A stretch of DNA of 64,000 bases from an uncultured Acidobacteriaceae bacterium. Lineage in GTDB: Bacteria; Acidobacteriota; Terriglobia; Bryobacterales; Bryobacteraceae. A program made the translations under genes and the position numbers. Below, piece by piece: positions 8,974 to 21,067 of the stretch. Under the pieces are notes generated by a model, which had not been told where the DNA came from, ran no database searches, and saw nothing but the letters and a program-made list of their open reading frames with translations. Every line of letters begins with the position of its first letter. The first letter of the stretch is position 1. The stretch covers positions 127,729 to 191,728 of the forward strand of contig CAVWUV010000014.1 in assembly GCA_963758245.1 (NCBI GenBank), written 5' to 3'.

Positions 8974-10172
8974 GCTCACGCCGTGCCTTTCTCGGACAAG
9001 TTGCCACTGGTATCGGAGGGTTGGCAATTCCGGGAGCCGTCCTGGGTGCAAACGACCGTCTCCGATTCGGCGTTATCGGTTATGGCGCGCGCGGGCAGGA
9101 GATCGTTCGTGACGCGCTGAGTTGCTCAAACACCGAATTCGCCGCCGTCTGTGACATCTACACGGATCAGCGGGAGAGAGCGAAATTCATTGCGCCGGAC
9201 GTCAAGACCTTCCTCGATCATCGGTTGATGCTCGAGCAGAAAGATCTTGATTTCGTATTGATCGCTACGCCGCAGCATCTGCACTGCGAGCATTTTGTCG
9301 ATTCGATCCAGGCCGGCAAACACGTGTATTTGGAAAAGACCATGGCGTTTACAGTTGACTATGCCAAGCGCATGAGGAACGCTTATGACCCGGTGAGAAG
9401 TAAACAAATCGTGCAAGTCGGCCACCAGGCTTGCTCCTCCGGGCATGTTGCCGACGCACAGAGTTTTCTCGCGGGAGGCAAGCTAGGCCAAATCACCGGA
9501 ATCGACGCGACCATGTACCGCAACACGCCCCATGGCAAACCGCAATGGTACCGACCGATCAGGCCGGACATGACGCCCGAGAACATTGTGTGGAGCAAGT
9601 TCTTGGGAGACGCGCCGAAGGTTGCGTTTGATGCCAATCGCTATCAGAACTGGCGCTTCTTCTGGGATTACTCGGGCGGAAACGTCTACGAAAATATGTG
9701 TCACCAGGTCGCATTCTGGTACAAGGTTCTCGGCTTGCAGATCCCTCGGGAAGTAAACATGACCGGCGGTCTCTATTTGTGGAAAGACGGCCGCCAGGTT
9801 CCCGACACCATGACTGTATCGATGCTTCAGCCCGAGAACATTCTGTTCAACTGGGTTTCCGGTTTCGGCAATGCAAACCTGGGCGTCACCGAACAGGTGT
9901 TGGGCTCGGATGGAACCATCACGCGAGGAATGCAGATCCGCTATGTTCCCGAAAAAGTAAACCGCCCGGATGGCGAAGCGCTCATTGGCCAAACGTCAAC
10001 AGTTCGCTCGGCGCACATGCAAAACTTCCTGGACGCGATTCGCAACAGCAGGGAAGTGAACTGCCCGTTCGACCTGGGCTATCGCGTTTCCATCGCCTGC
10101 CGCATGGCCGTCGAAAGCTACCGCCAAGGCCGCACCACGCGCTGGGACCCCTCAAAAGAAGAAGTAATCTAA
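8970..10172 (+). CDS. Gfo/Idh/MocA family oxidoreductase, Tat-exported
   Basis: TTG start in a TTGA overlap with the GMC stop. Twin-arginine signal SRRAFLGQVATGIGGLAIPGA, then a Rossmann motif LRFGVIGYGARG and the EKT/EKP-type motif (VYLEKT). Confidence 0.85.
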   Translation: MSSRRAFLGQVATGIGGLAIPGAVLGANDRLRFGVIGYGARGQEIVRDALSCSNTEFAAVCDIYTDQRERAKFIAPDVKTFLDHRLMLEQKDLDFVLIATPQHLHCEHFVDSIQAGKHVYLEKTMAFTVDYAKRMRNAYDPVRSKQIVQVGHQACSSGHVADAQSFLAGGKLGQITGIDATMYRNTPHGKPQWYRPIRPDMTPENIVWSKFLGDAPKVAFDANRYQNWRFFWDYSGGNVYENMCHQVAFWYKVLGLQIPREVNMTGGLYLWKDGRQVPDTMTVSMLQPENILFNWVSGFGNANLGVTEQVLGSDGTITRGMQIRYVPEKVNRPDGEALIGQTSTVRSAHMQNFLDAIRNSREVNCPFDLGYRVSIACRMAVESYRQGRTTRWDPSKEEVI

Positions 10173-10186
10173 ACTTCGCACAAATC

Positions 10187-10255
10187 ACCGACCCACGACC
10201 GTCAGGGAGCGATGTTCTGTTCTTACCGAGCCGCGACCGTCAGGGAGCGATCTTC
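10187..10255. repeat. 31-bp imperfect direct repeat (two copies, 38-bp period) duplicating the 3' end and stop codon of the GT39 gene
   Basis: 10187-10217 and 10225-10255 match at 28 of 31 positions. The perfect 18-bp core CGACCGTCAGGGAGCGAT lies at 10196-10213 and 10234-10251. Copy 2 contains the last codons and TGA of the minus-strand gene 10240..12057. Confidence 0.8.
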
Positions 10256-12057
10256 CCCACCGGATGATTCGTCATCAAAAACTTGCCCCCGCTTTCGGCA
10301 ACGACGTTCAGATCTGCGCGTTCCACCGCGCTCTCGATTCGCCGCACGCCAGCTTCATCCGCGATGAAATACCATCGCTCCGGCTCGGCCCACAAGCTCT
10401 TGAATTTTGCATCGTCGATAAATACCTTCGGAGCGTTCGGAGCGTAAGACCCATACACCAGGTTCAGAACCCGTCCATTCAAGAGCAACCCGGAACGATC
10501 TGTGTAGAAGAAAATAGACGAGAACGCGTAGTAGTGACGGTCAACAATCAATCCGCCTTCCGGAGATCGCAGCAGTGCATTAGCCAGCGGTCGCGACGAC
10601 AGATAAGGATCGAAGACCACCAGCGCCAGTCGAGCTGCATGAAAGAAAAGCACCATCATCAGCCCCGCTGCCAAGAAAGCTCGCCGGCTCTTTGCGAGAA
10701 TCGTTCCTAAAGCGCCAACCAGAAACGCAACCGCGGCAACGGCGAGAGGCAGGCGAAGGTAAGCAAACGAGCGAAGCGTGAGATCTTCAATGTGCCCCAT
10801 CGACAGCGTGTAGGCTGAGCGGTGCTCTGAGAGCGCACTGGCGATATCACCCGGAGCTGGGACATTTCGCACCAGGAACAAAATCGTTATGGCTGCCAGC
10901 GCTGCGCATCCTGCAATTACCGAAAGCACGCGCGTTCCCCGGCGGACCGCCACTCCACCGGTTGCCATAGCCGAACCTAACAGCAGCGCCAGCGCCGGAT
11001 AACAGGGCATCGAATAGTATTCCTGCGTTGTCGAAAATGTGAAGAACACTAGAACAAAGCCCGTCCAGCAGAGCGCCAACAAACGGGCGCGGCCGGCTCG
11101 GTCGATTGGTTTGAACGAAAGCTTCGCCACGGCCGGAAAGTAAACGCTCCAGGGGAACAGCCATACCAGGTGAAGCAGCCAGAACCAGAGGCGCGGAACT
11201 GTGTTGTAATCCCGCGGGTAACGCAAGTTAAGGAATCGGAGCAGTTGCTCGTTGATGAAGTAGAACCACAAAAATCCGTGATATTCTCCCGGAACGCTGT
11301 GCAAGGTGAAGGCGAAATACGGCGGGTTTCTCAGAGTCGCGAGAACATGCCACGGAGCAGCAATCAGGAGCGCGATCAATAAACCGCTGAAAGGACGCAG
11401 CCGTTTCCAAGTTCTCAAAGAAAAAAGCTGCCTGGTTACAAACAGATAGAGAAGACCGGCGCCTATCGGGAAAACCACCGCGATTAAACTCTTCAGCAGG
11501 AGGCCTGTTCCGAGACTCGCTACCAATACGAACGCCCATGCTCGCGGATGCTGCTCCTGTTCATCCAACGCCCGCAGGAACGCCCACATCGCGAGCGCGA
11601 TTGTGAACGTCAGCATCACGTCGGGAATCAGAATTCGAGTAAACAAAAACAGGCCAACGCACGTTGACATGATTAGACCCGCATAGAACCCGGCCCGCCG
11701 TCCGAAGGCCCAAATGCCGAATACAGCGGTCAGCCAGCAGAGGCCAATTGCCGAGAGAGCCACCGGAATCCGAGCGGCCCAATCGTGTACGCCGAAAAGT
11801 TTGTACGAAATCGCCATCAACCAATAAATAAGGGGCGATTTTTCGAGGTAAATAACGCCGTCGAGCCGCGCGGTTACCCAATCGCCGGAATCGAGCATAG
11901 TTCGTGCGATCTGTGCCTGTACGGCATCGACGTCGTCCATCAGGGAGGGAGGAGAAATGATGCAGCCCAGGTAGATCGCAGCCGCGAACGCGAGAACCGC
12001 CAGATACAGGTACAGGTATCTGCGGGCTATCCCGTGCAGGCGCCCGCCATTCCTCAC
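10240..12057 (-). CDS. GT39/ArnT-PMT family polytopic membrane glycosyltransferase
   Basis: 605 aa with about 12 predicted TM helices. The N-terminal loop carries the acidic DD motif after TM1 (SLMDDVDAVQAQIARTM...EKSPLIYW) typical of the ArnT/PMT_2 family. The C-terminus is a soluble periplasmic domain. Confidence 0.85.
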   Translation of the reverse strand: MRNGGRLHGIARRYLYLYLAVLAFAAAIYLGCIISPPSLMDDVDAVQAQIARTMLDSGDWVTARLDGVIYLEKSPLIYWLMAISYKLFGVHDWAARIPVALSAIGLCWLTAVFGIWAFGRRAGFYAGLIMSTCVGLFLFTRILIPDVMLTFTIALAMWAFLRALDEQEQHPRAWAFVLVASLGTGLLLKSLIAVVFPIGAGLLYLFVTRQLFSLRTWKRLRPFSGLLIALLIAAPWHVLATLRNPPYFAFTLHSVPGEYHGFLWFYFINEQLLRFLNLRYPRDYNTVPRLWFWLLHLVWLFPWSVYFPAVAKLSFKPIDRAGRARLLALCWTGFVLVFFTFSTTQEYYSMPCYPALALLLGSAMATGGVAVRRGTRVLSVIAGCAALAAITILFLVRNVPAPGDIASALSEHRSAYTLSMGHIEDLTLRSFAYLRLPLAVAAVAFLVGALGTILAKSRRAFLAAGLMMVLFFHAARLALVVFDPYLSSRPLANALLRSPEGGLIVDRHYYAFSSIFFYTDRSGLLLNGRVLNLVYGSYAPNAPKVFIDDAKFKSLWAEPERWYFIADEAGVRRIESAVERADLNVVAESGGKFLMTNHPVGKIAP

Positions 12058-12142
12058 GGAAGCTGAACGATTTGTTATATTTCGGTTGGGCGGCGCTGTC
12101 GCCAGGGGGCGGAGGCAGTCAGTTTGAGACGAAAGAGGTTCG

Positions 12143-13309
12143 ATGTTATTTACAGCAATCGCCTGGGTTGTGCTCGGGGTGGCGACCCTTCCCTGTATCT
12201 ATTATCTGATAGCTCTTTACAGCTCTTGGCGTTTCTTTCGCCTGGGATCCGGTGAAAAAACCTCAAAATCCGGCTTCACCCCACCCATCAGCATTCTGAA
12301 ACCCGTTCGCGGGCTGGATCTCGAGGCGTACGAAAATTTCGCTAGTTTTTGCCGTCAGGATTATCCCGAATACGAGCTGGTCTTCTGCATCGGGAGCACT
12401 GACGACCCGGTGCTTCCCGTCCTCGAGCAGTTGCAGCGCGATTTTCCTGAGCGTCGTATCCGAGTCCTTTTCCGCTCGGCCCGAAGCGCCTCGAACGACA
12501 AAGTCGCCAAACTAGATCGGCTGGTAACCGAAGCGCAGTACGAACACGTAGTGATCAGCGACAGTGACGTTCGAGTAGAGCCCGATTACTTGAGGACCGT
12601 CATTGCTCCTCTCGCTCGGCCCACGGTTGGCGCCGTAACTTGCCTCTATGTATCGACCGGCGAAAAGAGCGTTATTGATGATCTTCAGACGGTCGGGTTA
12701 ATCTCAGATCTCTACGCCGGCATCCTGGTTGCCTGGCAGCTCGATGGAGTGAAGTTCGCGCTCGGACAAACCATAGCCACTACCCGTTCCCGCCTGGCCG
12801 GGTTTGGCGGTTATCGAATGCTTGAAAATCGTCCGGCAGATGATCTGCTGGTGGGCCGCCTGATTGCTGAGCAGGGCTACGAAGTTGAGCTTCTGCCGTA
12901 TGCCGTTAGCACGGTAGCCGATTACGGATCTATGCGCGAGCTGTTCTACAAACGCTTGCGGTGGATCGTGGTTATGCGGCACATGCGCCCATGGGGGCAT
13001 CTCGGCTTGCTCCTCACGCAAGGCCTGCCTTGGTCGATTGCGGCTTTTGCGATTCGCCCCTCACTTGCGATCCTGCTCGGCTATCTCGGCGCGTATTTCG
13101 CCCTTCGAATTGCCATGACATGGATGATCGGCACCTGGGGTCTGAAACGATCGTTCTCCTGGAAGAATATGCCGCTGATTGCAGTGTGGGACGGAATCGC
13201 ATTCGTCATGTGGCTAGCCAGCTTTCTCCGGAACACTATTACTTGGCGAGGCGGCGAATATTACATTCGCGACGGTATGCTGGTCCCCGCGTCGCCTTCC
13301 AGTGAATAA
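12143..13309 (+). CDS. Membrane GT2 glycosyltransferase of the ceramide-glucosyltransferase/HpnI type (GT21-like)
   Basis: N-terminal TM helix, then ISILKPVRGLD, QDYPEYELVFC, NDKVAKL and the acidic motif VISDSDV. The C-terminus is a TM bundle. The layout matches lipid-acceptor GT21/HpnI-type enzymes. Confidence 0.8.
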   Translation: MLFTAIAWVVLGVATLPCIYYLIALYSSWRFFRLGSGEKTSKSGFTPPISILKPVRGLDLEAYENFASFCRQDYPEYELVFCIGSTDDPVLPVLEQLQRDFPERRIRVLFRSARSASNDKVAKLDRLVTEAQYEHVVISDSDVRVEPDYLRTVIAPLARPTVGAVTCLYVSTGEKSVIDDLQTVGLISDLYAGILVAWQLDGVKFALGQTIATTRSRLAGFGGYRMLENRPADDLLVGRLIAEQGYEVELLPYAVSTVADYGSMRELFYKRLRWIVVMRHMRPWGHLGLLLTQGLPWSIAAFAIRPSLAILLGYLGAYFALRIAMTWMIGTWGLKRSFSWKNMPLIAVWDGIAFVMWLASFLRNTITWRGGEYYIRDGMLVPASPSSE

Positions 13310-14322
13310 AAAAATCGCCGTTGCTGGCGCTGGAATCTATGGCGCGACCGCCGCGATCCGGCTTGCCGAGCAGGGCCATAACGTCCATCTTTTCGATCCT
13401 CTCGGTGTTATGCGTGCCGCGTCTGCGATTAATCAATATCGGGTTCATGCGGGTTATCACTACCCGCGCAGCCCCGAGACGATCATCGAAACTTTGGAGG
13501 CTCGCTGCGAGTTTCTGGAAGCGTTCGCGCCCGCAATTGTCAAAAATAGCCGGCACTACTATGCAATTCCGAAAGAGGGTTCCCGAACACAGCCTGAAGC
13601 GTACGAGAAGCTAATGAGCCAACACGGGCTGTCTTTAAGACCGTGCCGCCCCGACTGGTTGGATTTCGGCTTTATCGATATATGCTATGAGGTTCAGGAA
13701 CATCTTTACGATCCCGAGATTCTCCGAAGTCTGATCGAGACACGAATAAAATCGCTCCCCATCAAATTCGAGCAATGCGCTTTCTCTCATCAGATGCGGC
13801 CCGATTATGATGTCGTCGTGTGGGCCACTTACGGCATGGGTCCGAGCCGAGGCCTGTTCAAAGCCGCCAAGTATCAGATTGCCGAGAAGATCCTGATCGA
13901 TCTTCCCGCAGCGCTGCGCGGCCTAGCACTCGTAATAGTGGATGGTCCATTCACCGCTTTCGATCCGTACGGGAACTCCGCCCAATCGCTCTTCGGATCG
14001 GCCAAGAACACCAATCATTGGTCGACAACAAATCCTGAAGACCAGATCCCCGAACCTTACGCCGCAATCCTCAACGCGCCAACCTTTCAGCCCGTCCCAT
14101 TCACTCACTTCGATGCCATGCGCACGGATTGTTCTCTTGCCATTCCCGCAGCTAAAGACGCTATCTATCGAGGATCGCGTTTTACGATCCGCGTGGTCGA
14201 AGATAGCCCCGAGCAAGACCGGCGAATCCTTTACATTCTGAACGGCGAGCCGGGTGAATTCCACATTTTCTCGGGCAAGGTTGTCAGTGCAGTAAAAGCC
14301 GCTCGCCTTATCTGCGAAAGAA

Positions 14323-14339
<17 letters not shown>
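13302..14339 (+). CDS. FAD/NAD(P)-binding oxidoreductase
   Basis: N-terminal dinucleotide fold KIAVAGAGIYGATAAIRLAEQGHNVHLFD. It overlaps the upstream GT2 gene by 8 nt and the downstream gene by 17 nt, so they are probably one operon. The substrate cannot be called. Confidence 0.7.
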
Positions 14340-16860
<2,521 letters not shown>

Positions 16861-18027
16861 ATGCCCCTAAACTGATAGACACAAAGCCCTTACGATTGCA
16901 ATAACCACGAAAAATCACTTCATCTCTATCCGCTAGGAAGACCCGCTTCTCGCCGTTTGCGAGCATCAACGGCTCGCTGCCTTTCCAAGTCAGTTCCAGC
17001 AAACAGCCGCGATTCCGTTTCTCTGGGCCAGAGACCGTGCCGCTGCCGATCAAATCACCGGGGCGAAGGGGACAACCGTTGGAAGCGTGGTGCGCCACCA
17101 TCTGGGCCAGCGTCCAATACATATCTTTGAACGACCCGCGGCTGATCAGCGCCGGTTCCGGCATTGACGCAGATCGCAGCCAGACCTCGAGCGTGATATC
17201 GAACGCACCATGACCCTGCACTTGTAGATACGGAAGCAACGGAAGATCGTGCTCCCTGGAAGGCACGCGGAACGGCTCCAAAGCTTCTATGGTGACCATC
17301 CACGGGGAGATTGAGGTCGCGAAGTTTTTGGCCAGAAACGGCCCAAGCGGCTGGTATTCCCAGCGCTGTATGTCACGCGCTGACCAATCATTCAATAAGC
17401 ACACACCGGCGATGTGCTCCTCGGCCTCTTCGATTGGAATCGGCTCGCCCATCGCGTTGCCTGGACCAAGAAAAGCGCCGATCTCCAATTCGTAATCCAG
17501 TTCTTTCGAAGCCCCGAACCGGCCTTCGCCCAATTGTCCAAGTGGACGCCGCACTGGCGTTCCGCTCACGACAATAGAAGACGACCGGCCGTGATACGCA
17601 ATCGGCACGTGCTTGTAGTTCGGCAGGAGCGGATTATCGGGGCGGAACATCCGGCCGACGTTGGTGGCGTGATCGATAGATGCATAAAAGTCCGTGTAAT
17701 CACCGATCAAAGCCGGTAACATCATTTCGCATTCCGACTGCGCCAACAGTGTTCGCTTGGGCGAGCCTTTCGCGAGAGCTTTGCTGACCTCGCGACGAAG
17801 ATCACGGCGCTGGGTTGCCGGGATCGCCATGTAGCGATTTAGCGTGTCGCCGGAAAGCCACGACTCCAGGCCGAGTATGAAATCGCCGATCGCCACCCCA
17901 AGACGCGGACGGGAATCATCTTGCGTGCGAAAAACGCCCAATGGCAGATTCTGGATCGGAAAATCGCAACCCGGACGATTGGCGGATTCCACCCAGCTCT
18001 CTAAGCCAGGATCGTGAGTTTCGTCGA

Positions 18028-18756
18028 TCATAGCCAGCCAAGTGCATGCAGATCCGAAAGCGGCTCTTCGAAGGAACATGAGCCGAAGGAGTGGGCGAAC
18101 TGCCGCCGCGCTGCTGCGATTTCGCCCTCTTCCAGCGCTCTGTCGCGCCAGTGCGCTTGGTCGTCAAACCAAAATGCAGCCGGATCTGTTTCGGCCAGAA
18201 TGCCCTCAATCTTTCGCTCTCCTCGCCATGCGAAAGCGGCTGCTATGAACACGTTGATGAAGCCGTGCATAGTTGCCGATTGGATGGGATGGTGCAAGCC
18301 GGCAGTCGCCTTGAAGGGCAATCGCCGGTCCGCACACGCAGTTATAAACGCCGCAACAGTGTCGACTGAAGGGACGGCTTCCGGAACGAGACCGCCCGTA
18401 CGGATTTTGGCCATTGCACCCGCTTTCTTGATCTCGTCAAGTTGGTCGATTGATGCTTCGCAGTAGATGGGCTTCGCGACGGCGACAATCTTCTTCGACT
18501 CGACAGTCGCAGCTCGATGGTGATCCGAATCGCTCAAGACTGCAAAGGGCCAGTCGAATCTCACCGGCGACAGCTTGTCGAGCTGTGCCGCCGATATGAC
18601 AAACCGCCCGAGCATCCAGGCGTGCTCCTCGGTTTGATAGCGGCTGTAATTAGAAACCGCGGCTTCGCGCGAAAGCGACGCTGGCGGAAACATGCCCGCG
18701 TAATCGATCAGATTTTGAAGCAGCGCGCGGAGCGCGGGAGCTACGAGTCGAGCCAC
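18028..18756 (-). CDS. Hypothetical protein of unknown family, encoded between hmgA and fahA
   Basis: 242-aa ORF with a GTG start. It overlaps the hmgA stop by 16 nt and the fahA start by 4 nt (ATGA). Its codon usage looks like that of its neighbours. Distinctive segments are FKATAGLHHP and FGSCSFEEPLSDL. I recognise no family. Confidence 0.65.
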   Translation of the reverse strand: MARLVAPALRALLQNLIDYAGMFPPASLSREAAVSNYSRYQTEEHAWMLGRFVISAAQLDKLSPVRFDWPFAVLSDSDHHRAATVESKKIVAVAKPIYCEASIDQLDEIKKAGAMAKIRTGGLVPEAVPSVDTVAAFITACADRRLPFKATAGLHHPIQSATMHGFINVFIAAAFAWRGERKIEGILAETDPAAFWFDDQAHWRDRALEEGEIAAARRQFAHSFGSCSFEEPLSDLHALGWL

Positions 18757-19898
18757 GAGAGATAGTAATCTTTGTCTTCGATGTCTACGGCCTCTTTACT
18801 CACGTGTAATCCGCGGAAGGTGTCCATCATCACCGCGAGCTCGTTTGTCTGCTTCTGACCGAGAGATGCCTCTGTGCGGCCCGGCTGCGGCCCGTGCGCC
18901 AATCCGTCGGGATGAAGCGTAATCGAGCCGTATTCGATTCCCTTTCGGCTCATGAATTCTGAATTCGCATAGTACAGCACCTCGTCCGACATGACGTTCG
19001 AATGGCTATACGGAGCAGGAACGGCTTCGGGATCAAAATCGTACGGCCGCGGGCAGAAGGAACAGACTACGAAACCGTCACTCTCGAAGGTCTGGTGGGT
19101 GGGCGGCGGGAGATGGAAGCGGCCAACTCGCGGCTCGAAATTGTGAATGTTGATGGCCCATGGATAGTAATACCCATCCCAGCCAACCACGTCGAAAGGA
19201 TGATACGCGAGCGACATTTCTGTCAGGCAGTTTGCCTTCTTGACGATCAACTTGAACTCGCCCTTTTCGTCGTGTGTTTCGAGATTTTGAGGACAACGGA
19301 TGTCGCGCTCTGAGTACGGGCTGGCTTCGGTCAATTGCCCAAACTCATTCCGGTAACGTCTAGGCGTCCGGACATACCCTGCACTTTCGATGATCAGCAG
19401 CGCCCGTTTTTCCGACGCAAAGCGGTAACGATGCAGGATTCCGTGAGGAATGATCAGATAGTCGCCGCTCCCGAACACGATGCTGCCAAACGGCGATTCG
19501 AGAACACCTTCGCCTTCGCTGACGTACACGATCTCGTCGCCTTGCGCATTGCGGTAGAACTCAGAAACTTCTCCGGCGGGCCGGACGAGAGACATGGAGA
19601 CATCGTTGTTGAATAGCAGCGGCACGCGATCGACGATGGCATCGCCCGCTTCCGCCACTTGTTTGGTTTGAAAATGCCTGTGACGAAGCGGCTCTGAAGG
19701 CGCAGCCTCCCACTTGAGCTCTTTCAAGCTGTGCAGAGCGCGCACTGCCGTGGGTCGGCGTACGTGATAGAGCAATGAAGATGGCCCAACAAAACCCATG
19801 TTCCCCATCAGCTCTTCGGAATACAGCTCGCCAGAGGGTTTGCGGTAGATCTTATGTCGTTTGGAGGGTATCTCTCCGAGTTGATGGTAAACGGGCAT
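18741..19898 (-). CDS. hmgA: Homogentisate 1,2-dioxygenase
   Basis: 385 aa with a cupin-type core (GDYLIIPHGILHR). The N-terminus YHQLGEIPSKRH...EELMG..GF is typical of the short bacterial HmgA form. The pathway context includes hppD and fahA. Confidence 0.88.
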   Translation of the reverse strand: MPVYHQLGEIPSKRHKIYRKPSGELYSEELMGNMGFVGPSSLLYHVRRPTAVRALHSLKELKWEAAPSEPLRHRHFQTKQVAEAGDAIVDRVPLLFNNDVSMSLVRPAGEVSEFYRNAQGDEIVYVSEGEGVLESPFGSIVFGSGDYLIIPHGILHRYRFASEKRALLIIESAGYVRTPRRYRNEFGQLTEASPYSERDIRCPQNLETHDEKGEFKLIVKKANCLTEMSLAYHPFDVVGWDGYYYPWAINIHNFEPRVGRFHLPPPTHQTFESDGFVVCSFCPRPYDFDPEAVPAPYSHSNVMSDEVLYYANSEFMSRKGIEYGSITLHPDGLAHGPQPGRTEASLGQKQTNELAVMMDTFRGLHVSKEAVDIEDKDYYLSWLDS

Positions 19899-19938
19899 AC
19901 ACTACAAATATATTGCTGATCGACGGAGCGCGCGTCCT

Positions 19939-21067
19939 TTGGTCCCACCCGATCTCTTAGTTCCGCCCCATATTCTGTCTCTCCGGCCCTATGAACCTGG
20001 GCTGAGTGCACAGCAGATTAAAGAGCAATTCGGGCTCACTCGAGTCATCAAACTGGCTTCCAATGAGAATCCGCTCGGGTCATCGCCGCGCGCAATCGAA
20101 AACGCGCAGAAGGCTCTTCGAGACATGTCCCTCTACCCGGATGGCGGTGTTGCGCTGCGCCGGAAGCTTGCTGAACGGTTTCAGCTCAAAATCGAGAACG
20201 TCATTGCGGGCGCCGGAAGCGAGGGCATTATGGCCAACATAGTCCGAACCTTTCTTTGCGACCACGATGAAGTCCTGACCACCGACGCTGCGTTCGCAGG
20301 ATTTCAGGTGCTGGCTCGCGGGCGCGGCGTGGCGTACAGGACTGTGCCCTATCGTGACTGGCGTTACGATCTGGAATCACTCGCCGAACGCGACGACCGA
20401 CCGAACCAAGCTCATCTATCTTGCCAACCCGAATAATCCAACCGGCACATTCTTTACTCGTAAAGCGTTTGAAGATTTCCATCGGCGAATACCGGAACGC
20501 GTTCTGATCATTCTGGACGAGGCCTACTTCGAGTTCGCCATGGGCGAGACGTCTTATCCCGACTCGATGCACTATCGGTTTGATAACGTCATCACGCTCC
20601 GCACATTTTCAAAGGCTTATGGTTTAGCGGGAGCTCGTGTTGGATATGGCTTCGCGCATGAGAACTTGATATCCATGTTGCTGAAAGTGAAGCTGCCGTT
20701 TGAGCCGAGCGGGATCTCAACGGCTGCGGCGATGGGCGCTCTCGATGATCGTGAATTTCTGGAGGAATCGATAGCAAACAACGCTCAAGGGCTGACTTTC
20801 GTCATCCGATCTATTCGTGAATTGGGATTTCACGCTGTTTCTTCCGCAGCCAATTTTGTGATGATGGTTCTGGATACGGAAAGCCACGCTCTGGAAATTT
20901 TCAATCAGCTCCTGAGACGCGGAGTTATTGTTCGTCCATTGAAGGCGACGGGCCTTCCACATTGTCTTCGGGTGTCGATCGGCACAAAAGAAGAGAACGA
21001 GATATGCGTTGAAGCGCTCGGCTTCGTGCGTAAGGAGATTGAAGCGAATTATGCCCCAACTTACTGA
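19939..21067 (+). pseudogene. Class I/II (HisC-type histidinol-phosphate/aromatic) aminotransferase interrupted by a +1 frameshift
   Basis: The N-terminal part is in frame 1 (19939..20436: LRPYEPG, IKLASNENPLG) and the C-terminal part in frame 2 (20354..21067: TKLIYLANPNNPTG, TFSKAYGLAGARVGY with the PLP lysine). Homology switches frame within 20386-20399, inside the slippery GACGACCGACCGA. Removing one nt gives an ORF of about 375 aa. Confidence 0.8.
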
